DNA of 32,000 nucleotides, taken from positions 116,705-148,704 of the forward strand of contig NZ_OMOH01000001.1 of the NCBI RefSeq assembly GCF_900289195.1, written 5' to 3'. Numbering within the stretch: the first letter of the stretch is position 1; each line of letters begins with the position of its first letter. The translations under genes were made by a program, and so were the position numbers. Positions 12,888 through 22,308 of this stretch are shown one piece after another. The notes under the pieces were generated by a model. It was not told the origin of the DNA and made no database searches. It saw only the letters and a list, made by a program, of their open reading frames with translations. The DNA is from Propionibacterium ruminifibrarum (GTDB lineage Bacteria > Actinomycetota > Actinomycetes > Propionibacteriales > Propionibacteriaceae).

Positions 12888-13556
12888 ATGGCCCAGGACA
12901 ACGAACTCGTCATCGCCATCGACGGGCCCAGCGGGGCCGGCAAGTCGTCGACCGCCAGGGGAGTGGCGACCCGGCTCGGGCTGGACTACCTCGACACCGG
13001 CGCGATGTACCGGGCGATGAGCTGGGCGTGCATGGTCGGGGGCATCGACATGACCAGCCCGGCCGCCATGCTGGAGCGCGCCGGGAACGCCGAGTTGCAG
13101 ATGGTGCTCGACCCCGCCGATCCGCGGGTCGTCGTCGACGGGCACGACGTCACCGCCGCGATCCGCGAGCCGGCGATCGCCGAGCACGTCAGCGCGGTGG
13201 CCGGCGTCATCCCGATCCGCGAGCTGCTGACCGGCCAGATGCGCCGCATCATCGCCGACTCCGCCCGGATCGTCGCCGAGGGACGCGACGTCACCACGGT
13301 CGTGTGGCCGCAGGCCCAGCTGCGGTTGCTCATGGTGGCCGATCCGGCCGCCCGCATCGCCCGCCGCGAGGCCGAGCTGGCCGGCGCCGCCGGGCACGAG
13401 CGGGTCGTCTCGTCGATCGTCGACCGGGACCGCAAGGACTCCGCCGTCAGCCAGTTCGAGACCCCGGCCGAGGGTGTCAGGCTGCTGGACACCACCCACC
13501 TGGGCCTCGACGAGGTGATCGGAACGGTCATCGCGATGGCCTCGGACCTGGGCTGA
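12888..13556 (+). CDS. cmk: cytidylate kinase
   Basis: The ATG at 12888 is preceded by GAGGAG. The P-loop IAIDGPSGAGKSST is followed by LDTGAMYRA. Track ORF 12375..13556 trimmed. Confidence 0.95.
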   Translation: MAQDNELVIAIDGPSGAGKSSTARGVATRLGLDYLDTGAMYRAMSWACMVGGIDMTSPAAMLERAGNAELQMVLDPADPRVVVDGHDVTAAIREPAIAEHVSAVAGVIPIRELLTGQMRRIIADSARIVAEGRDVTTVVWPQAQLRLLMVADPAARIARREAELAGAAGHERVVSSIVDRDRKDSAVSQFETPAEGVRLLDTTHLGLDEVIGTVIAMASDLG

Positions 13557-13565
13557 GCCGCCCGT

Positions 13566-13590
13566 CCGGCCCGCACCGCGTGCGGGCCGG
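13566..13590. terminator. perfect GC hairpin between convergent cmk and GyrI-like genes
   Basis: ccggcccgcac cgc gtgcgggccgg forms an 11-bp perfect stem with a 3-nt loop. No U-tract, which is common in high-GC actinobacteria. Confidence 0.5.
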
Positions 13591-13616
13591 CACGTCTGGA
13601 TCGGTGCGGGCGTGCC

Positions 13617-14249
13617 TCACGCCTCGCGCACCGGCTGGCGCAGGACCGTCTTGAGCTTCTCCGGCGCGACCCTTCTCGCGTCACTCAGGTAGATCTCGTG
13701 GTGGTGGCGCTCACCGGTGCCGTCCAGCACGTAGCCCTGCGACTCGGCGTACTCGTGCAGGAGCGCCAGGGTCGCGGGTTCGTCGTCGTAGGGTCCGACG
13801 TGCAGGCACTGCACGCACAACCCCTCGTCGAGGGTCCAGAACTCGGCGGCGGAGAAATCGGTCTGCTCCTTGCGGGCAGCCTCACCGGCCGCCCAGGCGA
13901 ACTCGTCGGCCGTGACGAACTCGGGCAGGCGGATGGCCGCCGTCCACTCGAAGTCCTCCTTGCGGGAGAGATCGATCCCCGCGCCGCCCGGCTGCCACCA
14001 GAAGCCCTCGAGCGGGGGGACCACGAAGTCGAAGTAGCCCTCGATGCGGTGGTCGCCCCTCCTGCTCATCTTGATGGTGAACGCGATGCCGTACAGCAGG
14101 TCGATGGACCTTGTGAAGTCACCGTCCTCGGCGTTGGGGTCCCCCCTGCCGCGCACCGCGACGAAGTTCATCGGGGGCACCGTGACGGTTACCGGCCGCC
14201 TGGGCGGAAGGTAGAACTCCTTGTACTCCCTCTTGTAGTCGAACGCCAT
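13617..14249 (-). CDS. GyrI-like small-molecule-binding domain protein
   Basis: MAFDYKREYKEFYLPPRRPVTVTVPPMNFVAVRGRGDPN...HHEIYLSD is typical of the GyrI-like/SOUL-type effector-binding fold. AGGAGG lies before the ATG. Confidence 0.7.
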   Translation of the reverse strand: MAFDYKREYKEFYLPPRRPVTVTVPPMNFVAVRGRGDPNAEDGDFTRSIDLLYGIAFTIKMSRRGDHRIEGYFDFVVPPLEGFWWQPGGAGIDLSRKEDFEWTAAIRLPEFVTADEFAWAAGEAARKEQTDFSAAEFWTLDEGLCVQCLHVGPYDDEPATLALLHEYAESQGYVLDGTGERHHHEIYLSDARRVAPEKLKTVLRQPVREA

Positions 14250-14540
14250 GACGCCTCCTGATCCTCCATGAGTCCCGCCCGTGGAGGTGCGCGGCGCTCA
14301 CCCGTGAGCCGCCCGTGCGGAGGCGCTGGATTCTACCGGCCCCTGCTGCGAACCGCCACTTGCGCGTGTCCGGAACCGCTGCTCCGCCGCACCGTTGCCG
14401 GGGCCGCGGAGCGCCACCGCGGGGCGCCGCCCCGGGCCGTGCCGGTGACAGGACCGTCCGGTGCCGCGACCTGGGTCGGGAACACGACACGGCCCTGCTC
14501 GCTGCCGCACCGGCTTCTGCGACCAAGTAGGTTTGAGGGC

Positions 14541-15893
14541 ATGTCCGAGCCCACGTCCGAAGCAGCAACGCCCTCCCGTCCCGTCGTGGCGGTCGTCGGG
14601 CGACCGAACGTGGGGAAGTCGACCCTCGTCAACCGCATCCTCGGCCGTCGTGAGGCCGTCGTCCAGGACACCCCGGGCGTCACCCGCGACCGGGTCAGCT
14701 ACGACGCGGAGTGGGCCGGACGCGAGTTCGTGCTCGTCGACACCGGAGGCTGGGTGCCCGACACCGAGGGCATGGGGGCCATGATCGCCGAGCAGGCCGA
14801 GATGGCCATCTCCCTGGCCGACGCCGTGCTGTTCGTCGTCGACGCCACCGTCGGCACCACCGACGAGGACGAGGCTGTCGTCCGCGTCCTGCGCCGCTCC
14901 CGCAAACCCGTCGTCCTGGCCGCGAACAAGGTCGACGCCCCGCAGTTCGAGGCCGACGTCGCGGCCATGTGGAACCTCGGCCTGGGTGAGCCGCACCCGG
15001 TCTCGGCCCTGCACGGGAGGGGCTCGGGGGAACTGCTCGACCACCTGCTCGAGGTGCTGCCCGAACACCCCGCCACGCCGCTGGCCGACGAGGAAGCCGG
15101 GCCGCACCGCATCGCCATCGTCGGCAAACCGAACGTCGGCAAGAGCTCCCTGCTCAACAAGCTGGCCCGCTCCGAGCGCTCCGTCGTCTCCGACGTGTCG
15201 GGGACCACCGTCGACCCCGTCGACGAACTCGTCGAGATCGGTGGCGAGCCCTTCCGGCTCATCGACACCGCCGGCATCCGACGCCGCGTCAAGGAGGCCA
15301 GTGGCTCGGAGTACTACGCCTGGCTGCGCACCCAGGCCGCCATCGAGCGCGCCGAGATCTGCGTCGTCGTCGTCGACGCCTCAGAGCCCGTCAGCGAGCA
15401 GGACCTCAAGATCCTCTCGGGCGTCGAGGAGGCCGGCCGCGGCCTGGTCATCGCCTTCAACAAGTGGGACCTCGTCGACGAGGAACGCCAGCGCTACCTC
15501 AAACGCGAGATCGAACGCGACCTGCAGGCCTGGGCCTGGGCGCCCACCGTCAACATCTCGGCGCTGACCGGCCGTGGCGTGCAGCGCCTGGCGAAGGCCG
15601 TCGACACGTCCCTGGAGGGCTGGCAGACCCGCATCCCCACCGGCAGGCTCAACGCCTTCCTGGGGCGCGTCGTCGCCGCCAACCCGCACCCGGTGCGCGG
15701 CGGCAAGCAGCCCCGCATCCTGTTCGGCACCCAGGCGCAGAACCGCCCGCCCACGTTCATCCTGTTCACCTCGGGCCAGCTGGACGCCGGCTACGTGCGG
15801 TTCGTGGAGCGCCGCCTGCGCGAGGAGTTCGGCTTCGCCGGCTCCCCGGTGCACATCGAGGTGCGCGCCCGGGCCAAGCGCAAGGACCGCTGA
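14541..15893 (+). CDS. der: ribosome-biogenesis GTPase Der (EngA), double GTPase domain
   Basis: Two G domains ([12 protein letters not shown] ... DTGG and [12 protein letters not shown] ... DTAG, NKWD) and a C-terminal KH-like domain. ATG at 14541. Track ORF 14268..15893 trimmed. Confidence 0.95.
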   Translation: MSEPTSEAATPSRPVVAVVGRPNVGKSTLVNRILGRREAVVQDTPGVTRDRVSYDAEWAGREFVLVDTGGWVPDTEGMGAMIAEQAEMAISLADAVLFVVDATVGTTDEDEAVVRVLRRSRKPVVLAANKVDAPQFEADVAAMWNLGLGEPHPVSALHGRGSGELLDHLLEVLPEHPATPLADEEAGPHRIAIVGKPNVGKSSLLNKLARSERSVVSDVSGTTVDPVDELVEIGGEPFRLIDTAGIRRRVKEASGSEYYAWLRTQAAIERAEICVVVVDASEPVSEQDLKILSGVEEAGRGLVIAFNKWDLVDEERQRYLKREIERDLQAWAWAPTVNISALTGRGVQRLAKAVDTSLEGWQTRIPTGRLNAFLGRVVAANPHPVRGGKQPRILFGTQAQNRPPTFILFTSGQLDAGYVRFVERRLREEFGFAGSPVHIEVRARAKRKDR

Positions 15894-15961
15894 CCGGAGT
15901 CGCCGCCTCATCCGAGGGCAAGGAGGATTGGGGCTCGCCCCGTCCCTGCCGAACCGGCGGG

Positions 15962-17404
15962 TCAGTAGTGACTGACCACTGTCGTGCCCACCGGCGCGAA
16001 GTCGAAGACGTACTGGGCGTCGCCGGTCGACATGTTCACGCAGCCGTGCGACCCGCCCGGGCCGCTCCAGCCGAACGAGGGCTGCCAGGGCGCCGCGTGC
16101 AGGGCGTACGAGCCGTAGAAGTAGCTGACCCACTGCACGTTGGGGGCGGTCCAGGTGGTGCCGTCGTCATTGGTGCCGGTCATCGTCTGGGACTCGTACT
16201 TCAGGTACACCTGGAAGGTGCCGGTGACGGTCTCCATGCCCGGCCGGCCGGGCACCATGAGCATGGTGGCCTGCGGGTCCGCGCCGATGTAGGCGGTGAC
16301 GGTGTTGTCACTGAGGTTGATGTCGAGCCAGTGCTCGCCGGGAGCCGCCGGGTGGGCGAGGTTCTCGGCGCCGTCGGCGATGACCGTGTCCTCGTTCTGC
16401 GCCTCGACGGTGTCGTAGGTGAAGGTGCCGGAGTAGGGCCGGCCCGAGTCGAGCGCGTCGAGCAGCTGGCTGGTGATCTCGGCCGCGTTGTTGACCGACA
16501 TGCCGTCCGTGCCCTCGACCGTGACGCGGAGCACCTCACCCGAGGCGCTCACCAGTCGGGAGGCGCTGACCGGGGCGACATTGGTGCTCTCCGCGGTATC
16601 GGCCACCCACCCGGCCACGGCGTCCCGGTCAAGACTCGGATCGGTGACGGGGCGGCCGTCCTGATCGGTGGTGACCACCCAGGAGGCCTTGTCGGCAGGG
16701 GTCGCCGTGAGGACGACGCCATCGGTGCCGGTGACCGAGACGTCCAGGGCGACGAGGGCGTTGGCGGCGTCGGCGGCGGCCCGGGCCTGCTCGGTGGTGA
16801 CGGCGGGATTGGTCTCGGCGAGCTCCAGGGACAGTGACTGGTCACTGAGCGACCTGCCGGCCTCGGCAGCCGCGTCGGCGATGGCACTCACGTCATAGCC
16901 CTTGCCCTTCTCCCCGGGCGTGACCGAGAAGGCTCCGTCAGTCGCCGAGAACACGACGGACGCGTCCTTGGCCGTCGCGCCGTGCTGGGCGGCCAGTGCC
17001 CCGAGGAAGGCCTGCTGCACCTCCTGGTCGACGGTGATGACGGCCGGCGTGTCCCTCTTGTGAACGATGGCGGCGAATCGCGCGGCCACCGACTTGTTCG
17101 CCTCGAAGGCCTGATCGGCAGTGGCCTGCGCGTCGATGCTCACGCCGAGCTCGGGCAGGGACACGCGATGGTCCTGGCCGTCCAGGGTGACGACCACGGC
17201 CAGTCGCTCGGCGCGCTGCTCGACCGACTCACGGACGGCATCGATCGACTCACCGGTGATCGACTGCCCCGCGACACTCGCGCCCGGCAGGCCACGATCA
17301 GCCGTGCGCAGCCCGTACCCGACGGCGCTCGCCGCGGCGACGATGACAACCGTCAGCAGCCCGACGAGCAGCCCCGTCCTCTTCTTCGACTTGACCTTGC
17401 CCAC
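15962..17404 (-). CDS. L,D-transpeptidase family protein (YkuD domain) with N-terminal membrane anchor
   Basis: C-terminal YkuD catalytic signature YALHAAP...GGSHGCVNM. N-terminal TM segment GLLVGLLTVVIVAAASAV, followed by a long Ala/Val/Thr-rich extracellular region. GTG start with no obvious SD. Confidence 0.85.
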   Translation of the reverse strand: MGKVKSKKRTGLLVGLLTVVIVAAASAVGYGLRTADRGLPGASVAGQSITGESIDAVRESVEQRAERLAVVVTLDGQDHRVSLPELGVSIDAQATADQAFEANKSVAARFAAIVHKRDTPAVITVDQEVQQAFLGALAAQHGATAKDASVVFSATDGAFSVTPGEKGKGYDVSAIADAAAEAGRSLSDQSLSLELAETNPAVTTEQARAAADAANALVALDVSVTGTDGVVLTATPADKASWVVTTDQDGRPVTDPSLDRDAVAGWVADTAESTNVAPVSASRLVSASGEVLRVTVEGTDGMSVNNAAEITSQLLDALDSGRPYSGTFTYDTVEAQNEDTVIADGAENLAHPAAPGEHWLDINLSDNTVTAYIGADPQATMLMVPGRPGMETVTGTFQVYLKYESQTMTGTNDDGTTWTAPNVQWVSYFYGSYALHAAPWQPSFGWSGPGGSHGCVNMSTGDAQYVFDFAPVGTTVVSHY

Positions 17405-17488
17405 CAGGGCAGTCTAAGGGATGAGCCTTGGCCCACCCGGACGTTCCACGGTGTGGTGGGCCCCGGCGGGCCAGGACCGGCCGGCTGA

Positions 17489-18055
17489 TCAGGCCGGTAT
17501 CTCTGCAGTGGCGATGATGGAACCGCGCGCCAGGGTGTGGAAGAACACGTTGAAACCGAGGAAGGCCGGCGTCGCATCGGGCCCGACGTCGAGGTGATCC
17601 ACGTCAAGGGCGAAGACCGTCAGGAAGTAGCGGTGCGGACCGTGGCCGGCGGGGGGAGCGGCCCCCACGAACCGGGCACTGCCCGCGTCGTTGCGCAGCT
17701 GCAGGGCGCGGTCGGGCAGGCCGGAACCGGTGTCGTCGCCGGCGCCGGCGGGCAGGCTCGTACAGGTGGCCGGGATGTTCGCCACCACCCAGTGCCAGAA
17801 CCCGGAACCGGTCGGGGCGTCCGGGTCGTACATGGTGACGACATAACTCTTGGTGCCGTCCGGCGCGCCCGACCACGACAGCTGGGGCGAGACGTCTTCG
17901 CCCCCGGTGACGCCCATGAGACCGGACATCTGCGCCGGGCCGAACTCCTGCCCGTCGCGTACGGTCGTGCTGGTGATCGTCAGCGGCGGGACCTGTTTCA
18001 TCGTGGCGAAGGGATCGTTTCCTGTCATCTTCGACATCCTCTCGACGGTGGTCAT
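17489..18055 (-). CDS. YbhB/YbcL family Raf-kinase-inhibitor-like (PEBP) protein
   Basis: PEBP motifs SPQLSWSG, YVVTMYDPDAPTGSGFWHWV and GHGPHRYFLTVFALD. The start may be the ATG at 18028 (MTGNDPF...), which has better GAGAGG spacing. Confidence 0.85.
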   Translation of the reverse strand: MTTVERMSKMTGNDPFATMKQVPPLTITSTTVRDGQEFGPAQMSGLMGVTGGEDVSPQLSWSGAPDGTKSYVVTMYDPDAPTGSGFWHWVVANIPATCTSLPAGAGDDTGSGLPDRALQLRNDAGSARFVGAAPPAGHGPHRYFLTVFALDVDHLDVGPDATPAFLGFNVFFHTLARGSIIATAEIPA

Positions 18056-18175
18056 CCAAGGTTATCGTCGTCGCCGCCGGCATCAGCGGCGGACACCGTG
18101 CGAGGGACCCTGGTCGGGGCGGCTCGTCGAGCCGGAACACCGGCGTCTGGGCCCGGAGTGTCACCATGTGAGCAT

Positions 18176-18207
18176 TCTTGAAGACAGATAAGGCTACCCA
18201 TAGCTAC
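18176..18207 (+). promoter_or_regulatory. candidate promoter with IdeR/DtxR-like iron box upstream of the siderophore importer
   Basis: This is the only AT-rich patch in the intergenic region. TTGAAG (18178-18183), a 17-nt spacer, then TAGCTA (18201-18206). The spacer ACAGATAAGGCTACCCATA (18184-18202) matches 12 of 19 positions of the IdeR consensus TTAGGTTAGGCTAACCTAA as I recall it, with the central AGGCTA conserved. Confidence 0.3.
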
Positions 18208-18208
18208 G

Positions 18209-19417
18209 ATGACATCCACCCCGGTCAATCCGGGCCACTCACGATCGATGGAGAACACAGTGGCCATTTCACGTCGCCTTCTTCTCGCTGGTGCCGGTGC
18301 TGCGGCGGGCGCTGCCGCCCTGAGCGCGTGCTCCGGCTCCGACAGCACTGATAACACCTCATCCTCGGCAGCCAGTTCGGGTGCCGGTTCCTACCCCGTC
18401 ACCGTGGTTCACGCTCAAGGGGAGCTGACCCTGGACGCCAAGCCGGAGAAAGTCGTCGTCTTCGACCTCGGCGTTCTCGACTCCATGGTGGCTCTCGGCG
18501 TCGACGGCGCCGTCGTCGGCGTACCCCAGAACCAGAGCACCTACCCCGATGACCTGTCGAAGTTCGAGGGTGAGGAGTACACCAACGTCGGTTCGCTCTT
18601 CGAACCCGACCTCGAGGCCATCGCCGAACTCGAGCCCGACCTCGTCATCGTCGCCAACCGCTCGGCGAGTTCGTACGAGGCACTGGCGGAGTCCTTCCCG
18701 ACCATCGATGCCTCGGCCAAGTCCGCCGAATCGGCCTCGGCGTCAGCCAGCGCCTCGGACCAGTCCTCGGCCGAGCAGTCCACCGCTGAGGAGCAGTCGG
18801 CCTCCGACGAGGGTTCCTCCGAGCAGGGCGAGCGCCGCGGCGGTGGCGGTGGAGGCCGTGGTGGCGGCGAGGGCGGCGGAGGCGGCCGCAATGCGAGTGT
18901 CGAGATGACTGCCTCGCTGGAGAACCTCGCCACCATCCTCGGCACCGCCTTCGGCGTCCAGACCGAGGCCCAGGGCAAGGTCGACGAGTTCAACACGGCG
19001 GCGGCCGAGGTCAAGTCCCTCGCCGCCGACAAGGGCACCGGGCTGGCGCTGCTGACCAACGGCGATGCGGTGTCCGCACTGGGCACCGGTTCGCGCCTGG
19101 ACGTCATCTTCAACGAGTTCGGCGTCACTCCCGCCGTCGAGGACGTCGATGCCCAGACCCATGGCGAGGCGATCTCGTTCGAGTTCATCGCCGAGGCCAA
19201 CCCCGACATGCTCTTCGTCCTCGACCGCGCCACGACGATCGGCCAGGAGGGCCAGTCCGCCCAGGAGCTGCTCGACAACGACCTGGTCAACGGCACGAAC
19301 GCCGGAAAGAACGGGAAGATCTTCTACCTGTCCGGCGCGTCCTGGTACATCGTCGGCGCAGGCCTGAACAACTCGCTCTCCCAGGCCGCCGAGATCAAGG
19401 CCGACCTCGAGCAGTGA
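18209..19417 (+). CDS. siderophore/iron-complex ABC transporter substrate-binding lipoprotein (FatB/YclQ-like) with internal low-complexity insert
   Basis: Tat-like signal ISRRLLLAGAGAAAGAAALSAC with lipobox LSAC. Cluster-A binding protein blocks VVVFDLGVLDSMVALGV, EPDLEAIAELEPDLVIV, NPDMLFVLDR. Alternative start ATG 18248 (MENTVAISRR...). Residues about 168-228 form an S/A/E/Q-rich then RGG/Gly-rich insert. Confidence 0.85.
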   Translation: MTSTPVNPGHSRSMENTVAISRRLLLAGAGAAAGAAALSACSGSDSTDNTSSSAASSGAGSYPVTVVHAQGELTLDAKPEKVVVFDLGVLDSMVALGVDGAVVGVPQNQSTYPDDLSKFEGEEYTNVGSLFEPDLEAIAELEPDLVIVANRSASSYEALAESFPTIDASAKSAESASASASASDQSSAEQSTAEEQSASDEGSSEQGERRGGGGGGRGGGEGGGGGRNASVEMTASLENLATILGTAFGVQTEAQGKVDEFNTAAAEVKSLAADKGTGLALLTNGDAVSALGTGSRLDVIFNEFGVTPAVEDVDAQTHGEAISFEFIAEANPDMLFVLDRATTIGQEGQSAQELLDNDLVNGTNAGKNGKIFYLSGASWYIVGAGLNNSLSQAAEIKADLEQ

Positions 19418-20442
19418 CGACCACGCCCGTGGCCCGTGCCGGTGCGGCTTCATCGCCTCCATCGGCACGGGCCCGTTCACGCTGGGCGACCGGGCTGGTC
19501 GGCGCTCTCCTCGTGGTGCTGTCCGTCGTCTCGCTGTTCACCGGCACGCAGAGCCTCAGCCTGTCGGACCTGGCGCGGCTCGACGCCGGCCAGGTGCATC
19601 TGCTGGCCATCTCACGGGTGCCCCGCACTCTCGCGGCGATCCTGTCCGGCATGTGCGTGGCCGTCGCCGGCTCGGTCATGCAGCTGGCCGTGCGCAATCG
19701 TTTCGTCTCGCCGACGACGGCCGGCACGACCCAGTTCGCCCTCGGCGGCCTGCTCGTCATGGCGATCTGGTTCCCGTCGGCGCCCCTCGTGGGGAAGATG
19801 GTCAGCGCCGCCGTGTTCTCGGTGGCCGGTTCCCTGCTGTTCGTCGCGCTGCTGCGGGCCCTGCCGCGCCGGCGCACCAGCAGCGATGTGACCGTGCCGC
19901 TGGTGGGCATGATGCTCGGCGGCATCGTCGAGGCCGTCACGACGTTCTTCGCCTGGCGCTACGACCTGCTGCAGTCGCTCGGCTCCTGGACGGTCGGTGA
20001 CCTGTCCACGGTGCTGGCCGGCCGCTACGAGTTGCTGTGGATCGTCGCCGCACTCGTCGTCCTGGTCTACCTGGCGGCCGACCGCCTGACCGTGGCGGGC
20101 CTGGGCCGTGAGACCGCCGTCGGGCTCGGCCTGCACTACGAACGGACGATCGCGCTGGCCCTCGTCATCGCCTCGGTCACGACGGCGATCTCGGTCGTCG
20201 TCGTCGGCACGCTGCCCTTCCTGGGGCTCGTCGTGCCGAACGTCGCCTCCAGACTGCTCGGCGACAATCTGCGCCGCACCCTGCCCTGGGTGGCGCTGGC
20301 CGGGGGAGTACTGACACTGGCCTGCGACATCGTCGGACGCCTCGTGCGCTACCCCTACGAGGTGTCGCTGTCGGTCATCATGGGCGTCATCGGTTCGGCC
20401 GGCTTCCTCATCATCCTCCTGCGGAGCGTGGACCGTGGCTGA
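19414..20442 (+). CDS. iron-chelate ABC transporter permease (FecCD family)
   Basis: The GTG start overlaps the upstream stop (GTGA). Polytopic membrane protein with FecCD-type segments (RTLAAILSGMCVAVAGSVMQ, GLVVPN). Confidence 0.9.
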   Translation: MTTTPVARAGAASSPPSARARSRWATGLVGALLVVLSVVSLFTGTQSLSLSDLARLDAGQVHLLAISRVPRTLAAILSGMCVAVAGSVMQLAVRNRFVSPTTAGTTQFALGGLLVMAIWFPSAPLVGKMVSAAVFSVAGSLLFVALLRALPRRRTSSDVTVPLVGMMLGGIVEAVTTFFAWRYDLLQSLGSWTVGDLSTVLAGRYELLWIVAALVVLVYLAADRLTVAGLGRETAVGLGLHYERTIALALVIASVTTAISVVVVGTLPFLGLVVPNVASRLLGDNLRRTLPWVALAGGVLTLACDIVGRLVRYPYEVSLSVIMGVIGSAGFLIILLRSVDRG

Positions 20443-21460
20443 TCACCTGCTCACCACCGTCGAACCCGCCGGGGCCAGGGGCGTGCCGTCCCCGCGGCGG
20501 CGCGCCCAGAACCGCAACGGCGCGCTGCGCATCGGGATCGTCCTGGTCTGCGTCCTGGCCGCCTGCGCGGTCTTCCTGGTCCTCGACGCGCGCAACCCCT
20601 GGCTCGTGCTGCCCTACCGCGCCCCGAAACTCGGCGCCCTGCTCGTCGTGGGCTGGGCCACGGCGCTGTCGACCGTCATCTTCCAGACCATCACCGGCAA
20701 CCGCATCCTCACCCCGGCGATCATGGGATTCGACGCCCTCTACTCGCTGCTTCAGACCCTGCTCATCCTCTTCCTGGGCGGGATCGGCTATGCGTCGCTG
20801 CCAAGCACCGTGCGGTTCACCCTCACCACGGTGATCATGGTGGGCTTCTCGCTGCTGCTGTTCGGCGCGGTGTTCAGGGGGAAACGCTCGGTGACGACGG
20901 TCGTGCTGGCCGGCGTCATCGTCGGCACCCTGCTGCGTGCCATCACCACCTTCGTGCAGCGCATCATGGATCCCAGCGACTACCTGATCCTGCAGTCTCG
21001 CCTGTTCGCCTCGTTCAACATGATCGACTCACGGCTCCTGGTGTTCACGACAGCCGTCGTGGCGGTCACCACGGTGTGCGCGTGGCGCTGGCTGCGTGCT
21101 CTCGACGTGATGGCGCTGGGCCGGGACACGGCCGTCAGCCTGGGCGTCGACGAGCGCGGCCTCACCCGCCGGGTGCTCGTCGTCGTCTCGATCCTCATCT
21201 CGGTGTCCACCGCCCTCGTCGGACCCATCACCTTCTTCGGCCTGCTCGTGGCACACCTCGCCTACAAGGCCGCGGGCACCGATCGGCACGTCATCACGGT
21301 GCCGATGGCGATCGCGCTGGCCATGCTCGTGCTCGTCGCGGGCCAGACGATCCTGCACAAGGTTCTCGGCGACGAAACCGTGCTGTCGGTCGTCATCGAC
21401 TTCCTCGGTGGCATCGTCCTCATCGCGCTGCTCATCCGTCGCCCCAGGAGGCCCTCATGA
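20435..21460 (+). CDS. iron-chelate ABC transporter permease (FecCD family), second subunit
   Basis: The GTG at 20435 overlaps the preceding gene by 8 nt. Polytopic, with FecCD-type blocks (ILTPAIMGFD, PITFFGLLVAHLA). Confidence 0.9.
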   Translation: MADHLLTTVEPAGARGVPSPRRRAQNRNGALRIGIVLVCVLAACAVFLVLDARNPWLVLPYRAPKLGALLVVGWATALSTVIFQTITGNRILTPAIMGFDALYSLLQTLLILFLGGIGYASLPSTVRFTLTTVIMVGFSLLLFGAVFRGKRSVTTVVLAGVIVGTLLRAITTFVQRIMDPSDYLILQSRLFASFNMIDSRLLVFTTAVVAVTTVCAWRWLRALDVMALGRDTAVSLGVDERGLTRRVLVVVSILISVSTALVGPITFFGLLVAHLAYKAAGTDRHVITVPMAIALAMLVLVAGQTILHKVLGDETVLSVVIDFLGGIVLIALLIRRPRRPS

Positions 21461-22215
21461 TTTCTGCCAAGGCGGTCACCAAGTCCTATGGCGTTCGCCG
21501 GGTGCTCGACAACATCACCCTCGACCTGCCCGCCGGGGGCATCGTGGCGCTCGTCGGGGCCAACGGGGCGGGCAAGTCGACCTTCCTGTCGATCATCTCA
21601 CGTCTCCTTGCCGCCGACGCCGGCAGTGTCACGGTCGGCGGTCTCGACGTGACGAGCGCCCACCCGGGGCAGCTGGCCCGCACCCTGTCCGTGCTGCGTC
21701 AGGACAACCACCTGGACGTGCGTCTGACCGTGCGTGACCTCGTGGCCTTCGGCCGCTATCCGCACACCCATGGGCGCCTGACGACCGATGACGACCGCAT
21801 CGTCGACGAGGCCATGGACTGGATGGACCTGGCGGACCTGGCCGAGCGCTACCTCGACGAGATGAGCGGCGGCCAGCGCCAGCGTGCCTTCGTCGCCATG
21901 GTGCTGGCCCAGCAGACGCCTTATGTGCTGCTCGACGAGCCGCTCAACAACCTCGACATGGTGCACTCGGTGTCGATGATGACGACGCTGCGCGCCGCCG
22001 CCACCGAGCTGGAGCGCACCATCATCGTCGTCCTGCACGACATCAACATGGCAGCCGCCTGGGCCGACCACGTGGTGGCCCTGCGCGACGGCGCACTGGT
22101 CGCGCAGGGCACGCCGGCCGAGATCATGACCCGCCAGTGCCTCAGCGAGGTGTTCGGCATGGACGTGCCCGTCCACGAGATCGACGGGCACCGGGTCGCC
22201 ATGGTCTGGGGCTGA
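21457..22215 (+). CDS. iron-siderophore ABC transporter ATP-binding protein (FatE/YclP-like)
   Basis: The ATG at 21457 overlaps the upstream stop (ATGA) and follows AGGAGG. Walker A GANGAGKST, signature MSGGQRQR, Walker B VLLDEPLNNLD. Track ORF 21076..22215 trimmed. Confidence 0.9.
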   Translation: MISAKAVTKSYGVRRVLDNITLDLPAGGIVALVGANGAGKSTFLSIISRLLAADAGSVTVGGLDVTSAHPGQLARTLSVLRQDNHLDVRLTVRDLVAFGRYPHTHGRLTTDDDRIVDEAMDWMDLADLAERYLDEMSGGQRQRAFVAMVLAQQTPYVLLDEPLNNLDMVHSVSMMTTLRAAATELERTIIVVLHDINMAAAWADHVVALRDGALVAQGTPAEIMTRQCLSEVFGMDVPVHEIDGHRVAMVWG

Positions 22216-22308
22216 AACCGTCCCCGGCACGACGGACCCGGTCGAGAGGCACCGCTGCCGGCGGCCTGCCGTGGACGCCTCCGCCCTCCAGGCACCCCTG
22301 CTGCGGTC

